From: Rhizophagus irregularis
Taxonomy: Eukaryota
Length of the DNA: 64,000 bases
Direction of reading: 5' to 3'
NCBI RefSeq assembly: GCF_026210795.1
Contig: NC_089436.1
Location: forward strand, 186,001 to 250,000
Part shown: piece after piece, positions 25,771 through 36,933 of the stretch
Numbering within the stretch: position 1 is the first letter of the stretch
Layout: each line of letters begins with the position of its first letter
The notes under the pieces: generated by a model
Told to the model about the DNA's origin: nothing
What the model saw: the letters and a program-made list of their open reading frames with translations, nothing else
Databases searched by the model: none
Translations under genes and position numbers: made by a program

Positions 25771-27183
25771 TTATACTACAATTATTGGTTCCCAATTTTG
25801 TCGATCATGATACAATTTTAATAAACTTCCATTTACAGGAGTTCGTAAGACTTTTCCATCTATAGTTCGTAATTTGTACGCTCCTTTTTCTCCAACTTGA
25901 TGAATATAGTATGGTCCTTTCCATTTTGGATTTAGTTTTCCAGTCCATTGCTTTTCTTTTGCTACGTCATAATATAAGACTTTATCTCCAATAGAAAATT
26001 TTATTTGATGACGTAATTTTCTATTATGTCGTTCTTTTTGTTTTTGTTGAGATATTTCAATATTTGTCTTAGCTATTTCGATTTCTTGAGGTAGTTGGTC
26101 AACTAAATTTTCTATGTGATTTATTAAAGTTAGATTTCCATTATTTTCTAATGAATCAGTTGGTAGTTTAGCATCTCGTCCATATAATAAAAAGAAAGGT
26201 GCGATTTTTGTAGTCGAATGTTTTGTAGTACGATAAGCAAATAAAATTGGTGCAATATAATTATCCCAATTATCAATATGATCTGTTGATAATTTTGCTA
26301 AAGATTCTGATAAAGTACGATTAAATCTTTCTACAAGTCCATTTGTTTGAGGGTGGTATGGCGTTGAAAATAAATGTTTTATCTGAAATTTTTCCATTAG
26401 TTTTTCAATTATTTGATTTCTAAAATGAGTTCCTTGATCTGATAATATTTTTGCTGGACATCCATGTCGACAAATTATTTCCTCATAAATAAAAAGTGCA
26501 GCTTGTTCTGCAGTAGCTTCTTTAACAGGTCGTGCTTCTGGCCATTTTGTTAAATAATCCATTGCTGTAATTATATATTTGTTTCCATTTGTAGTTATAG
26601 GCAAAGGTCCTACAAAATCTATTCCTATTTGATGAAAAGGACTTTCTACTGGAATAGGATGTAAAGGTAACTTCGTCTTTTGTTTTCCTCTTCGTTGGCA
26701 AGAGTCACATGACATGACATAAGATCTGATGTCATTATACATTTGTGGCCAATAATATCTTGATTGAATTTTGTCAAACATTGTGTCAACTGAAAAATGC
26801 GCAGCAGTAGGATCGTTGTGGAACATAAAAAGAACTGGTTCCAATTCATGTCTTCTAATCACTCGTAATAGATTATTTTGTTTCTTTTTATCCTTTTTAT
26901 AAATGAAATTATTTTTGATAATAAAATATACTGATTGTTTTTGAATTTGTTGTTGTTGTTGGTTATTTAATGTAGAAGATAATTGATTATATTTTAAATA
27001 ATTATATATGTTATTGTAATGTTCGATATCCATTTTTGAAAATTTAGGCTGTCTCGTCACGATGCGGACACTTTCGCTTTCACCCTTTGATACTTTGTTA
27101 ATTATAATATGTAAAAGAGGTGGACTTTTAGTCCAAATTGGCAATGAAAGGTTCCAAAGATACTTTGTGAACTGGTAAATCAT
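25771..27183 (-). CDS. Gypsy integrase in a separate ORF (likely start MDIEHY ~27033)
   Basis: H-H-C-C zinc finger (HNDPTAAH..CDSCQ), IDFVGP, SDQGTHF, GLVERFN, C-terminal WKGPY (GPY/F). Confidence 0.95.
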   Translation of the reverse strand: MIYQFTKYLWNLSLPIWTKSPPLLHIIINKVSKGESESVRIVTRQPKFSKMDIEHYNNIYNYLKYNQLSSTLNNQQQQQIQKQSVYFIIKNNFIYKKDKKKQNNLLRVIRRHELEPVLFMFHNDPTAAHFSVDTMFDKIQSRYYWPQMYNDIRSYVMSCDSCQRRGKQKTKLPLHPIPVESPFHQIGIDFVGPLPITTNGNKYIITAMDYLTKWPEARPVKEATAEQAALFIYEEIICRHGCPAKILSDQGTHFRNQIIEKLMEKFQIKHLFSTPYHPQTNGLVERFNRTLSESLAKLSTDHIDNWDNYIAPILFAYRTTKHSTTKIAPFFLLYGRDAKLPTDSLENNGNLTLINHIENLVDQLPQEIEIAKTNIEISQQKQKERHNRKLRHQIKFSIGDKVLYYDVAKEKQWTGKLNPKWKGPYYIHQVGEKGAYKLRTIDGKVLRTPVNGSLLKLYHDRQNWEPIIVV

Positions 27184-30100
27184 TTATTAATCGTTCGATA
27201 TATTTAAGATAATTGATATTATTTTCAAGTTGTACTGCTTGAGGTTCTTTCCACCATTGATTATTAATAAGAAATTTGGGATTCATATCTGGCCTAATTT
27301 TTCCTAAAGTGAATCCAATGATACAATTATGTATAGTAGTTCCATAAAATAAATTCTTCTTGCACATCGTACAATATGTATGCACGTGATGATTTTCTGT
27401 ATCACATTCCATGGTACAACGACTTCCACCATGATTGATTGGTTGACCGGCGATTACTTGTTTAATTTTAATATTTTCCAAATACATATTCTCTATCGCT
27501 TGACGGTCCATACCACACATGGTCCAGGCGATGTGTTCTTCAATATTGAGCTGATTTTCTTCTGAATAATCAGAGAATACTTCTCCATTAATTTGTCTTT
27601 CCCACGAATTATTATATTCTTCTGTATTAATTGAATAGTTATCTTCATTACACTGACAAATAATCTCATTGCAGCAACTATATGGTGATGGTGAACGGGC
27701 TAGAGGAGGTTGACAAACTTTACAAATACAATCTTCTGGATGAGGTCCATTGGAGTTGTCAAAATCATATCGAATTCCTAAAACGATATTAATAGGAGAG
27801 TTATTTTCAGATCGTTCTTCAATGTAGCTTTGCATATCATATATTAGATTATCACAACGATTTAACAAATCAATAGCTCTTTGGGCAGGTCTATCAGTAT
27901 AATCATCTTCTGAATCTGCATCGTACTCTTCATGTACTGGAGTAGAACTTTCATTTACATTAGTTTGTTCTTCTTTTTCAATAGAAATCATGAAACAACT
28001 AAGAGTTTGGCTATCTTCTTCAAACATTCTAGATAATGCATCTGCATTTGCGTTTGCTTTTCCCGCTCGATGCTTAATATTAAAGTCATACTGTTGAAGG
28101 TCCATGACCCATCTCGCACGGCGACCTTTTGGGATTTTGGATGTCTTTAACCATTTTAGAGCAGAATGGTCAGTAACAATTGTGAAAGGTTTTAATCCTA
28201 AGTAGTGTTGGAAATGTTTGATAGCCCACACTATTGCAAGACATTCCTGGTCAGTTATAGGGTAATTACACTCAGCCTTATTCAAAGATCTGCTGGCATA
28301 AGCGACTACATGTTCTTTTCCATCCTCTCTTATTTGTGATAACACAGCACCAAGTCCAGTTCCAGATGCGTCTGTATGGATAATAAAGGGTTGTTCAAAG
28401 TCAGGGTATGTTAAAATCGGAGATTTAACTAATCTTTCCTTCAAATAATCAAATGCAGTTTGCTGTTTCTCAGTCCAATGAAAAGGGGTTTCCTTCTTTA
28501 AAAGTAATAACATTGGTTTGGCTATTTTCGAGAAATCTTTGATGAACTTTCGATAATAGGAGAATAAGCCTAATGCTGAGCGAAGTTGTGTTAGGTTTGT
28601 TGGGACTGGAAAAGTTTTAATTTTCTCAATTTTTTCTGGATCAGGTCGGATACCTTCTCGTCCTACTACATGTCCTAGGAAATGAATATTTCCAAGGCAA
28701 AAATAACATTTCTTAAGTTTAATTTTCAAATTTGCTCGTCTAAGAGTTTCAAATACTTGTCTAAGATGGTCCAAGTGTTGCTCCAAGGTTCCTTTTGAAT
28801 AGATAATTACATCATCTAAATATACTGCTACAAATTTCCCTAGATACTCCTGGAGTATTCTATTCATTAATCGTTGAAAAGTTCCAGGTGCATAAGCTAA
28901 CCCAAAGGGCATTACTAGAAATTCATATAATCCAAAGGGAGTAATGAAGGCAGTTTTCTCCACATCTGCTGGATCCATGGCTACTTGCCAATAACCACTG
29001 GCTAAATCTAATGTGGTAAACCATGTTGCATTACTAAAAGATTCAAGCATATCATCAATTCGAGGCAATGGATAAGCATCTGCTTTAGTGACAGCATTTA
29101 ATTTACGATAATCTATGCATAAACGTTTTTCTCCTCCTTTTTTATCAACAATTACCACAGGTGAAGCCCAAGGGCTAGCTGATTTTCTTATAAGTCTTTG
29201 ACTTTCCATTCTTGTGATTTCTCCTTGTAAAAATTCTCTATATTTAGGATTACATCTGTAGGGTGGTTGAGAGATAGGAGTAGCATCTTTTGTAATAATT
29301 TTGTGCTTAATTACATTTGTTTTTCCAATTTCCGTTTGGCTTTTAGCACAAATATCTGCATAGTCACTCAAGAGTTGTTGAAATTGGCTTTGTTGGTGGT
29401 AATCTAATGGTCCTAAATGTAAGTCTGGATTGACTTTTTCTCCATTATATACTTCTGCTTGAGCTAAATAAATGGCAGGATTTGATTCTTCCAATTCTTC
29501 ATCTTCATTATTTTGGTGGGTAGGAGATACTTCATTTTCCCAAGGGTTAAATTCAAGGGATTCTTCTGTTGAATAACCAGAAAAATCAGACATATAGATT
29601 TGAGCTTCTTCTAACTCTTCAGGCTCATATTCCTCTTCGTCATCATACTCAAATGATTGCTTCATTTTAATAGGTTTTGGGAGAGTAAAAATCACAGGGA
29701 CTGTTGTGGATCGTCCATTGTATCTGATAGTTAGGGTCTTCTTGTCCCAGTCAAGAGCAGCATTTACCTTTCTCATCCAGTTATTTCCTAGAATGAAAAC
29801 ACTATCGCTTGATTCTATAATTTGAACATTGGTTTTAATAATTAAATTTCTGACTTTTAGGGGTAAATTTTGGATTTCTCCCAATGATCTAACTCTAGTT
29901 CCATTGGCAGTTTTAATTACATATTCTGAAGGTCCATCGATAGTTAATTTCAAAGTTTTCATCATGGCAGTTGTCATAATACTAACTGCAGCTCCACTAT
30001 CAATTACTGCAATAACTGGTTGTTGGTTAATATGAAATTCACATTTAGCAGCGGTAGTGGGAGTTTCTTCTTCTGAGTTGGAGTCTCCATAGTAACTTTC

Positions 30101-32125
30101 TCCAATATAATTATTGTTATCAATCTTTTCACGCTTTCTTCTCATACTTTGAATTAATCCTTTCCTGTAAACAGGAAGTTGAGCTGTAGCTTGACCAATA
30201 GATAGACCACAAGGTAGGTCACTAATATATTTAGCTATGTCAAATTCATTGACATTTTCAATAGGTGCAGGGACCATTTTGGTTCTTACTTTTCTTTTTG
30301 TTGAAGGTTCTGCTGTAGCATCCATATCCATAGGTGTAGAAGGAGTTACTGGAGGAATAGGTTGGGTACGTAATTGGTCTTCCTTTCGAGATTCTGAAAA
30401 TCTTGTTCTTTTTCCTCTAGGAGAGGATATCTCATATGGAACAGATCTAGAACGAGTTGTGACATATGCTTCATATTCGTCTTCTTCCTCCCATTCTTCC
30501 TCATATTCATCCTCATTTTCATCATAGTAAATTTCTGCTTCATCATCTGCATAATTAATAGGTGTAACTGGTGCTCTTTGGCGAAGGCGATTATTATTAT
30601 TATTATTATTAATATTTCCATTTCCATTATTTGTATTTCTTCCCATTTGGCAGTTTCTGGAAATATGACCTACATTTCCACACCTAAAACAAGTGATATT
30701 TGGATTAAAGGAATTCTGAGTAGGGGCTTGACCATTCTGACGATTTTGATTGTTATTATTATTAGGTCTTGGTCTAGTATTTCGAGGGGTGCTTTGTTGA
30801 ACCATTAAAACTGATGAAAGATTTGCATAATTAAGAGCGAGTTGTTGCATTTGTTTTGTTAATGCTTCCATTTCATCTACTTGTGGAGTTGGTTTAACAG
30901 TTGTAGTAGTAGTTGGAATAGGTTCTATAGTACTAGTAGTTACAGGTGTTGTAGTTAAAAGAGTAGTATTTACACCTAATTCTACTAACTTGGCTCGGGT
31001 AATAGTTGCTTCCAAAGTATCAGTATTCCCAATTACTACCTGTCCAACTAAGAAGGGCTTGAGACCATTAATATAGTAGTTAATTTGGTATCTTGCGGCT
31101 AAAGCTTCCCCTTGGGTGGCTTTATTTAACAGCTTCTTAAAACGTCGGGAGTAATTTTCTACTGATTCATTGTCTCCTTGTTTAATATTTTGCAGTTCTC
31201 TGGTCCACTGATTCCTTCGAGCAGCAGTTGCAAAGTAGTTTAAAAATTGGGTATCAAAGTTATTTGCATTGTTATCTACATGCCATTGGTTGATATTTCC
31301 TCTATTCTCTTCATACCAATCTCGGGCAGCTTCCTTAAGAAATCCAGCGGCTAAAGCAATTTTTCGATTATCTGGCCATCCATTAGCTGCAAAGGCAGCT
31401 TCAAAGAGTCGACACCATTCATATGGATCCTCATCATCACGTCCATAGAAAAAGGGAACATCAACAACTTTAGATGTTGTACGATTTTGGTTGGCAGTTG
31501 TAAGAGCATTAATGGCATTAAGATTATTTTGTAATGCAGTAGTAATGGCATTTGTATTGTTATTCAAAGTATTTTCCAAAAGGTTTCCAACATTTCTGGG
31601 ATTAGCATTATCTATTGGGTCAGCTCCCCAAACTAACTTCATAAGATCTTTCATCTGACCTTCATTCATGTTGGCGTTATTATTTACTGGCGTATTATGA
31701 AAAATTCGGTATGCGTTGGTTACTTGAGTATCAGTTGGTAAACTCTTGAATCCGTTTGTTAATTCGAATAATTTATGTAAATAAAAGGATAATTCTAATA
31801 AAGGAGTATTTATTTGTCGAAACTTTATACTTTGTAGGATCTTAGTAGTTATACCGACAAGTGTATTGAGTTGTGTAGTTATAAAGAATTCAGTTTTTAA
31901 TACTTTAAAAGCGGCTACTGTTGCTCCAGTATATTGTTTTGCTGTGTACTGAATAGAAATCCAGAGCCAAAATTTCTCAAATCCGTCAGGGATATTGTCA
32001 GCTGGAATAGAATCTGTTGGATAACACTGAATACAGTAAACTTCTTTTTGGTTGATTGTTCTTCCTCTACGATGTTTTCTTTGATGTGACTTTAATTCTG
32101 CTTTAGATAAATTGTAAAAGGGCAT
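27128..32125 (-). CDS. Gypsy Gag-protease-RT-RNase H polyprotein with extra N- and C-terminal Cys/His-rich regions
   Basis: Gag (PFFYGRDDEDPYEW..AARDWY..IKQGDNESVENY), CCHC CFRCGNVGHISRNC, protease IDSGA, RT YLDD, RNase H TDAS..ECLAI..TDH..ADALSR. Confidence 0.97.
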   Translation of the reverse strand: MPFYNLSKAELKSHQRKHRRGRTINQKEVYCIQCYPTDSIPADNIPDGFEKFWLWISIQYTAKQYTGATVAAFKVLKTEFFITTQLNTLVGITTKILQSIKFRQINTPLLELSFYLHKLFELTNGFKSLPTDTQVTNAYRIFHNTPVNNNANMNEGQMKDLMKLVWGADPIDNANPRNVGNLLENTLNNNTNAITTALQNNLNAINALTTANQNRTTSKVVDVPFFYGRDDEDPYEWCRLFEAAFAANGWPDNRKIALAAGFLKEAARDWYEENRGNINQWHVDNNANNFDTQFLNYFATAARRNQWTRELQNIKQGDNESVENYSRRFKKLLNKATQGEALAARYQINYYINGLKPFLVGQVVIGNTDTLEATITRAKLVELGVNTTLLTTTPVTTSTIEPIPTTTTTVKPTPQVDEMEALTKQMQQLALNYANLSSVLMVQQSTPRNTRPRPNNNNNQNRQNGQAPTQNSFNPNITCFRCGNVGHISRNCQMGRNTNNGNGNINNNNNNNRLRQRAPVTPINYADDEAEIYYDENEDEYEEEWEEEDEYEAYVTTRSRSVPYEISSPRGKRTRFSESRKEDQLRTQPIPPVTPSTPMDMDATAEPSTKRKVRTKMVPAPIENVNEFDIAKYISDLPCGLSIGQATAQLPVYRKGLIQSMRRKREKIDNNNYIGESYYGDSNSEEETPTTAAKCEFHINQQPVIAVIDSGAAVSIMTTAMMKTLKLTIDGPSEYVIKTANGTRVRSLGEIQNLPLKVRNLIIKTNVQIIESSDSVFILGNNWMRKVNAALDWDKKTLTIRYNGRSTTVPVIFTLPKPIKMKQSFEYDDEEEYEPEELEEAQIYMSDFSGYSTEESLEFNPWENEVSPTHQNNEDEELEESNPAIYLAQAEVYNGEKVNPDLHLGPLDYHQQSQFQQLLSDYADICAKSQTEIGKTNVIKHKIITKDATPISQPPYRCNPKYREFLQGEITRMESQRLIRKSASPWASPVVIVDKKGGEKRLCIDYRKLNAVTKADAYPLPRIDDMLESFSNATWFTTLDLASGYWQVAMDPADVEKTAFITPFGLYEFLVMPFGLAYAPGTFQRLMNRILQEYLGKFVAVYLDDVIIYSKGTLEQHLDHLRQVFETLRRANLKIKLKKCYFCLGNIHFLGHVVGREGIRPDPEKIEKIKTFPVPTNLTQLRSALGLFSYYRKFIKDFSKIAKPMLLLLKKETPFHWTEKQQTAFDYLKERLVKSPILTYPDFEQPFIIHTDASGTGLGAVLSQIREDGKEHVVAYASRSLNKAECNYPITDQECLAIVWAIKHFQHYLGLKPFTIVTDHSALKWLKTSKIPKGRRARWVMDLQQYDFNIKHRAGKANANADALSRMFEEDSQTLSCFMISIEKEEQTNVNESSTPVHEEYDADSEDDYTDRPAQRAIDLLNRCDNLIYDMQSYIEERSENNSPINIVLGIRYDFDNSNGPHPEDCICKVCQPPLARSPSPYSCCNEIICQCNEDNYSINTEEYNNSWERQINGEVFSDYSEENQLNIEEHIAWTMCGMDRQAIENMYLENIKIKQVIAGQPINHGGSRCTMECDTENHHVHTYCTMCKKNLFYGTTIHNCIIGFTLGKIRPDMNPKFLINNQWWKEPQAVQLENNINYLKYIERLINDLPVHKVSLEPFIANLD

Positions 32126-32327
32126 TCAATTTCAAAATTCAAATTGTTGCAAGTACGTCTGCTAATATCTCAAGTACGTCTGAGAAAGTAAATTTCGTTT
32201 GCAAGTGCGTCTGCAAGTATCTCAAGTTCGTCTGAGAAAAGAAATTACGTCTGCAAGTACGTCTGCAAGTATTCTCAAGTTCGTCTGAGAAAAGAAATCA
32301 ATTGTTAATTCACAGTATAGCCTTTTA

Positions 32328-32344
32328 CCTGGCAGGAATCACCA
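32328..32344 (-). other. Primer-binding site
   Basis: TGGTGATTCCTGCCAGG, 2 nt after the 5' LTR; complementary to a tRNA 3' end ..GGAATCACCA (tRNA-Val-like, inferred). Confidence 0.75.
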
Positions 32345-32346
32345 CT

Positions 32347-32866
32347 TGTTAACCGGTTCGGTACGTTGAATAGATTAACTATGATTTGCAGTCAGGGAGA
32401 TTAAATACGTTTAACTATGACTGAAATCCAATCAAACAAGACACGCTTAAAATAAGGAGTTCGTTTATAGTGTAAAAGGTTATACTTTATTATAGAACTT
32501 TATAATTACAAGAATAATAACTAATCTGAACTAAACCTATAACGAAGGAAAATACCAACGTTATTTATATAAAAGTTACTACATATAAAGATATAATAAA
32601 TATAATAAATATAATAAATATAAGAAATATAACTAATATAATAAATATAACTAATATAATAAATATAATAAATAAATTAAATATAATAAATAAAATAATT
32701 ATATCGATTATATTAAATATAATTAATATAATAAATATAATAGAAATAATAGGCTAAGTAGGCCGCGGCTAGGTCGGCTTGGCACAGTTGGGCACAGTAG
32801 ATCCTAATTTTCCACATGATCTTCTGGCGCAGTAAGTTGTAACTCTACACGTGACTAGGGGTAACA
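32347..32866 (-). repeat. 5' LTR
   Basis: Direct repeat of 23398-23917. Confidence 0.97.
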
Positions 32867-33821
32867 ACGTGAATCTCAAGCTTTAGAAGTAAATTTAAAT
32901 GATAATGATTTGGACAATGATAATACTACCAAGATAGATGAAGCAGAACAAGTTATAGCATTCAATTTAGTGATAAAGCCATCTTCTGGTTCGATATTGC
33001 CATCTAAATGGATAGAAATAAAAGCATCATCATTAGATGATATTTTTGCAGAAGTTCATTATTATATTGGCAAGCTAATTGATAGTAAAGAGATTGTTTA
33101 TTCTGATTATTCAATTACATTCAAACCAGAAAAAACTGCAGGAGTTGGAGTAGGATTGATTGATATACAAGATTACAAAAAGTTTCTTTTGGATTATAAG
33201 AAATTATTAGAGGCAAAAAAAAATAGGACAATAGTTGTATCTATGAAGAAAAAAGAAAAACAGAAACAAAAGGTAAAAATTAATTTTTTTTATTGACAAT
33301 AATTATTGTTCTAAATAAAATAGTCTTATATTTGTTTTATTTTTTAGAAAGATTCAGATTTCGAAGGATCAGAAAATGAAAATAAAAAATCACGCAAAAA
33401 AAATAAAATTCCAAAACTGGATAAATTTCTTGAGGTATTACAGCAAGAAGGAAATATTATTCGTGAATTGAGAGAAAAATACAAGTGTAAAAATCATGAT
33501 GCATGCTTTGTTGATAATGGAAGACATTTAAAACTTACTGCAATGCATCTACAATGTTGGGCCAAAGAAATTGTAATTATTTTATTTATTTTTTATTAGA
33601 TAATAATGCATCATACATGTGTATGTAGTATTATAATATTAATAATTCTCTTATTTTATTTTTAGATTCGTGGTAGTACTGATGATACTCAAATGCCAAA
33701 TTTACCAATATTTTCACAATCTCGTTGTGTTAAGGAAAATTCCCAAACACCTACAACTTCAACTATTCCAATTTCTTTCAATCCATCAAATTCTAATACA
33801 ATGCTACCATTTTTCTCATAT

Positions 33822-34371
33822 GGGCTAATCTGACTCACCAACCAAATGTCACATGAAAATAAGTGTGACAATATCGAACCAATCGAATTTAGTGTAACAA
33901 AGCGAAAAAAAAATCAAAAAAATATTTCGAACGCTTCTTTTATATAATAAAACCATTATAAAATACTGTCAAAAATAAACAATAACCCTTAAAAATATGC
34001 TTTTATTATATAAATACATATAATATACAAATAATTATAATAATTATTAAACAATAATGCCTAAAAAATAAAAATAAACCTATTAATATATTTAAAAAAA
34101 GTTTTACAGCGTAAATGCTGTTTAAAATGCCTTAATAAACATAATAATGTGCAAATAATGTTATAAAAATAGAGCACATTATACTAACTTTAACATGTCA
34201 CATATTTGCAACATCCAATAGGAAAACAATTCCCTGACGATTTCCCACCATATTGTTTTTTTGTAGAAAGCTTATTTAAGTTTATTTTATTTGCAGATCA
34301 TCACAAATTTCATATATATTTCTCAATTATATCACCTGATCATTAATTAATGAAATGAGTCAGATCGGCCT
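33822..34371. mobile_element. MITE inserted in the last exon of the 23047 gene
   Basis: Imperfect TIR GGGCTAATCTGACTCA / TGAGTCAGATCGGCCT in ATAT context; AT-rich non-coding interior; TSD length ambiguous. Confidence 0.65.
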
Positions 34372-34788
34372 ATATGTTTATTCTATTTACACAAAATTCA
34401 AATAATAATCCAACTCTACCATTACAGGCATTATTATCTCCAACACAGCCAATTCCATCTCTTGATGATTTTTTTGAATCATTAGGTAATGCTGAAGAAT
34501 TTATGCAATTCAAAAATATCTTTAAGAGTAGTAAATGAATGCATTACAGTAGATCAAATTTTTGATCTTACAGATAACGAATTTGAACAATTAGGTATAA
34601 ACAAAATTGGATGGCGTAAAGTATTTAGAGCTGCTGCGCAATGTTACAAAAAATAATTTGATCAAATTTTGTTATTTCTTCTATATTTTTTGTAAACATA
34701 TATTTTTTTGTATAATTTGTATCCAATTTTAATAATAATAATAAAATATATTGCTCTAATAAAGTTTATTTTATTTTTATATTTTTAT

Positions 34789-35770
34789 TTACATATAAAT
34801 TGAACTTTCAAAAAACTTTACAGCCATTTGTAGGGTAATTTGACTACATGCTATAAGAAGAGGATATTTGGGATCATTACATGAGTTAACAAAATCTCTA
34901 TATCTTTTTAGAAATGATTTTATAACAGAAAAACTAGTCTCTATAGGATTAAAGTCTGGAGAATAAGGAGGTAAAAATTCAACACGCCCACCAAAAGCTT
35001 CTATATAATCTATAAAAATATCATTATGATGAATTCGTGCATTATCAAGTACAAGTACACTATGATTATTAGGATATGAATTCATCTGAGGTACCTAATA
35101 ATGTAAAAGAAAAAAAAGTAAATAAAAGAAATAAATATAACAAAATCATATAAAATGGCTAATTTTAATATATCACAGTTGAAATAACAAATTCTCTAAA
35201 TCTTTCTTTTGTACAGCTGCCTTCCATTATATCTACTGCAATAAATCCTTGTAATGATAAGGTAGGTAATATTATATATCATACATCACGTACAAACACG
35301 TTTTTCTTTATTGCCAAGGTATTTTTAAAAGAATACCCATACTCACGAGACAAACTACGTTCATCTTTTGAAGCTTCATCCATAAAAATAAGTTGCTCAG
35401 GTCTATAATCATGTCCAACTTTTGCAATAAATGTATTTCTGAGGAGTTCATTTTGCTCATGAGCTGCTCGATGTAACTAATAAAAAAATATTTAGTAAAT
35501 CTAATAAGCCAATATTATTTATAATAATTTCAAAAAAAATTTTACCTTTTTCCTACTAATTCCACAATAAACTAAAGAATGCCATAGAGTTGAAATAGAA
35601 ACTAATTTTCCTGTCCATAATTCGAGTTCTCCCACTAATTCATCCAAATACCAATCCACTTTTTCTTTGACTAAGTCTTGCAATATCTAAAGTGAAAATA
35701 AATTAGTAAAAATTTTCATTTATAAATATTCCTTTTATATTTGTAAATTACCTTCATCTCATTTCGATTT
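34789..35770 (-). pseudogene. IS630/Tc1-family (DDE_3) transposase, intron-containing, 5'-truncated
   Basis: Exons give FMDEASKDERS, LVLDNARIHH, FLPPYSPDFNPIE; GT-AG introns; premature stop; N-terminus lost next to the Polinton-like TIR. Confidence 0.85.
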
Positions 35771-35859
35771 AGTGTTTTGTACTGACCTGATAGTTTACGC
35801 TAAGGATCCTCTACCGTTCTCCATTTTATATATATTTGCCATACTTTATCAACAATACC

Positions 35860-36315
35860 GTCATCGGGCTGGATGTGGGAGGTGCAAGCACCTCCCACCT
35901 CCAGGTCTACGACCCGTCACAGTACCTATATGGCCCCTACGGGGCTCAGGAATCCCCCATATATCCTCCACAATCCTCCACATAGATCCTCCACAAAAAT
36001 ATATAACAAAAAAGGATAAAATAAGGGAAAAGAGAGGAAAATAAGAGGGAATCAGAAGAGTGTGGAGGATGTGGAGGATATTTTAAAAATATCGGGAGAG
36101 GGATTCCCCCAGAAAAAAGTTTTGATTTTACCCCCAGATCCTTCACATCCAGAACATCTTCCACACGTACAGGATTCCGTCCGATCATCTGTATAAGCTA
36201 ATGAGATAGCAAACCAGGTAAGTTAGCAGGTAAGCCCCTAGAAGGTCTATAAAGCCAGTAAGACCAACCCCGTCCTGCCCCCGTCAGAAAAAATAAGTAA
36301 TTGAACAATGGGTAT
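35860..36315 (+). repeat. Left TIR of the Polinton-like element
   Basis: GTCATCGGGCTGGATGTGGGAGGTGCAAGCACC...AATTGAACAATGGGTAT, inverted copy of 55935-56401; contains TCCTCCACA repeats and hairpins. Confidence 0.92.
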
Positions 36316-36344
36316 ACCATAAGTAACCTATAAGGACAGATAAC

Positions 36345-36713
36345 ATGTATACCCCGCACGCAGTATCAGTAATCCCCGAACTTGTAGGCCATATCCTGGA
36401 ACACATTCCAAGTAGCAATTTTGGGCCACATCTTTTAGAAGTCAGCCCAATCTGGAAAGCCAAAGCTGAACGAGTACTCTAGAAGCGGCATAAAAAAGCT
36501 GAAGAGGCATACGACAGGGCAGTAGAAAAGAAGGAAAAAGCAAATGATGCTCTTGGTCGATCGGAGGAGAAGGATAATAGAAATCGTGACCTAGGTGAAC
36601 TTGAATGGAAGGCATATCAAAAGGCTTGTAAAGAGTTAACGGACACTAGAAAAGAGCTAACTATAGTAAAAGGAGCTCTTGAGCGGTTTGGATTTCAGAT
36701 ATATGTAGTTTGA
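36345..36713 (+). pseudogene. F-box-like protein with coiled-coil tail (one premature TAG at 36480)
   Basis: MYTPHAVSVIPELVGHILEHIP..LLEVSPIWKAKAERVL*KRHKKAEE..; F-box pattern IPEL..IL..I..V...W. Confidence 0.6.
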
Positions 36714-36933
36714 AAAAGGGGAAGGGAAGATTTAGAGCAGTCGTAAAGGTTTGTGGTTTATAGTTTTTTTTTTACCCCTAGAAGATAACCAGATATAACC
36801 AGAGGACCGCAGAATCGCAGGACCATAGGACTACAGGAGGGTAACCTGGTAGGAGTGCAGATCTTTGGAAAAAATATTCGGCAATTGAAGATTAGGTAAC
36901 TATAAATTAGTACTCGATTTGATAGAACAAAAA

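Larger units (their letters stand above)
23398..32866 (-). mobile_element. Full-length Ty3/Gypsy LTR retrotransposon, recent insertion
   Basis: Two 520-bp TG..CA LTRs, near identical (I saw one mismatch, AAGTACG/AAATACG); 4-bp TSD ACGT (23394-23397, 32867-32870); PBS, PPT and open gag-PR-RT-RH and IN ORFs. Confidence 0.97.
23047..34656 (+). pseudogene. Multi-exon gene (N-terminal Cys cluster, C-terminal SAM-like domain), split by the Gypsy element and a MITE
   Basis: Removing 23398-32870 restores the frame (SSALR|ESQALEVNLNDNDLDND..) into ORF 32910-33296; later exons include YKCKNHDACF and end in SAM-like DQIFDLTDNEFEQLGINKIGWR..YKK*. Confidence 0.7.

Noticed and set aside
32325..32336. TTACCTGGCAGG match to the U1 snRNA 5' end
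   Set aside because: Only 12 nt; explained by the tRNA-complementary PBS and a donor-like site on the other strand; no U1 body follows
35772..36188. Short ORFs on both strands
   Set aside because: They lie in the non-coding TIR
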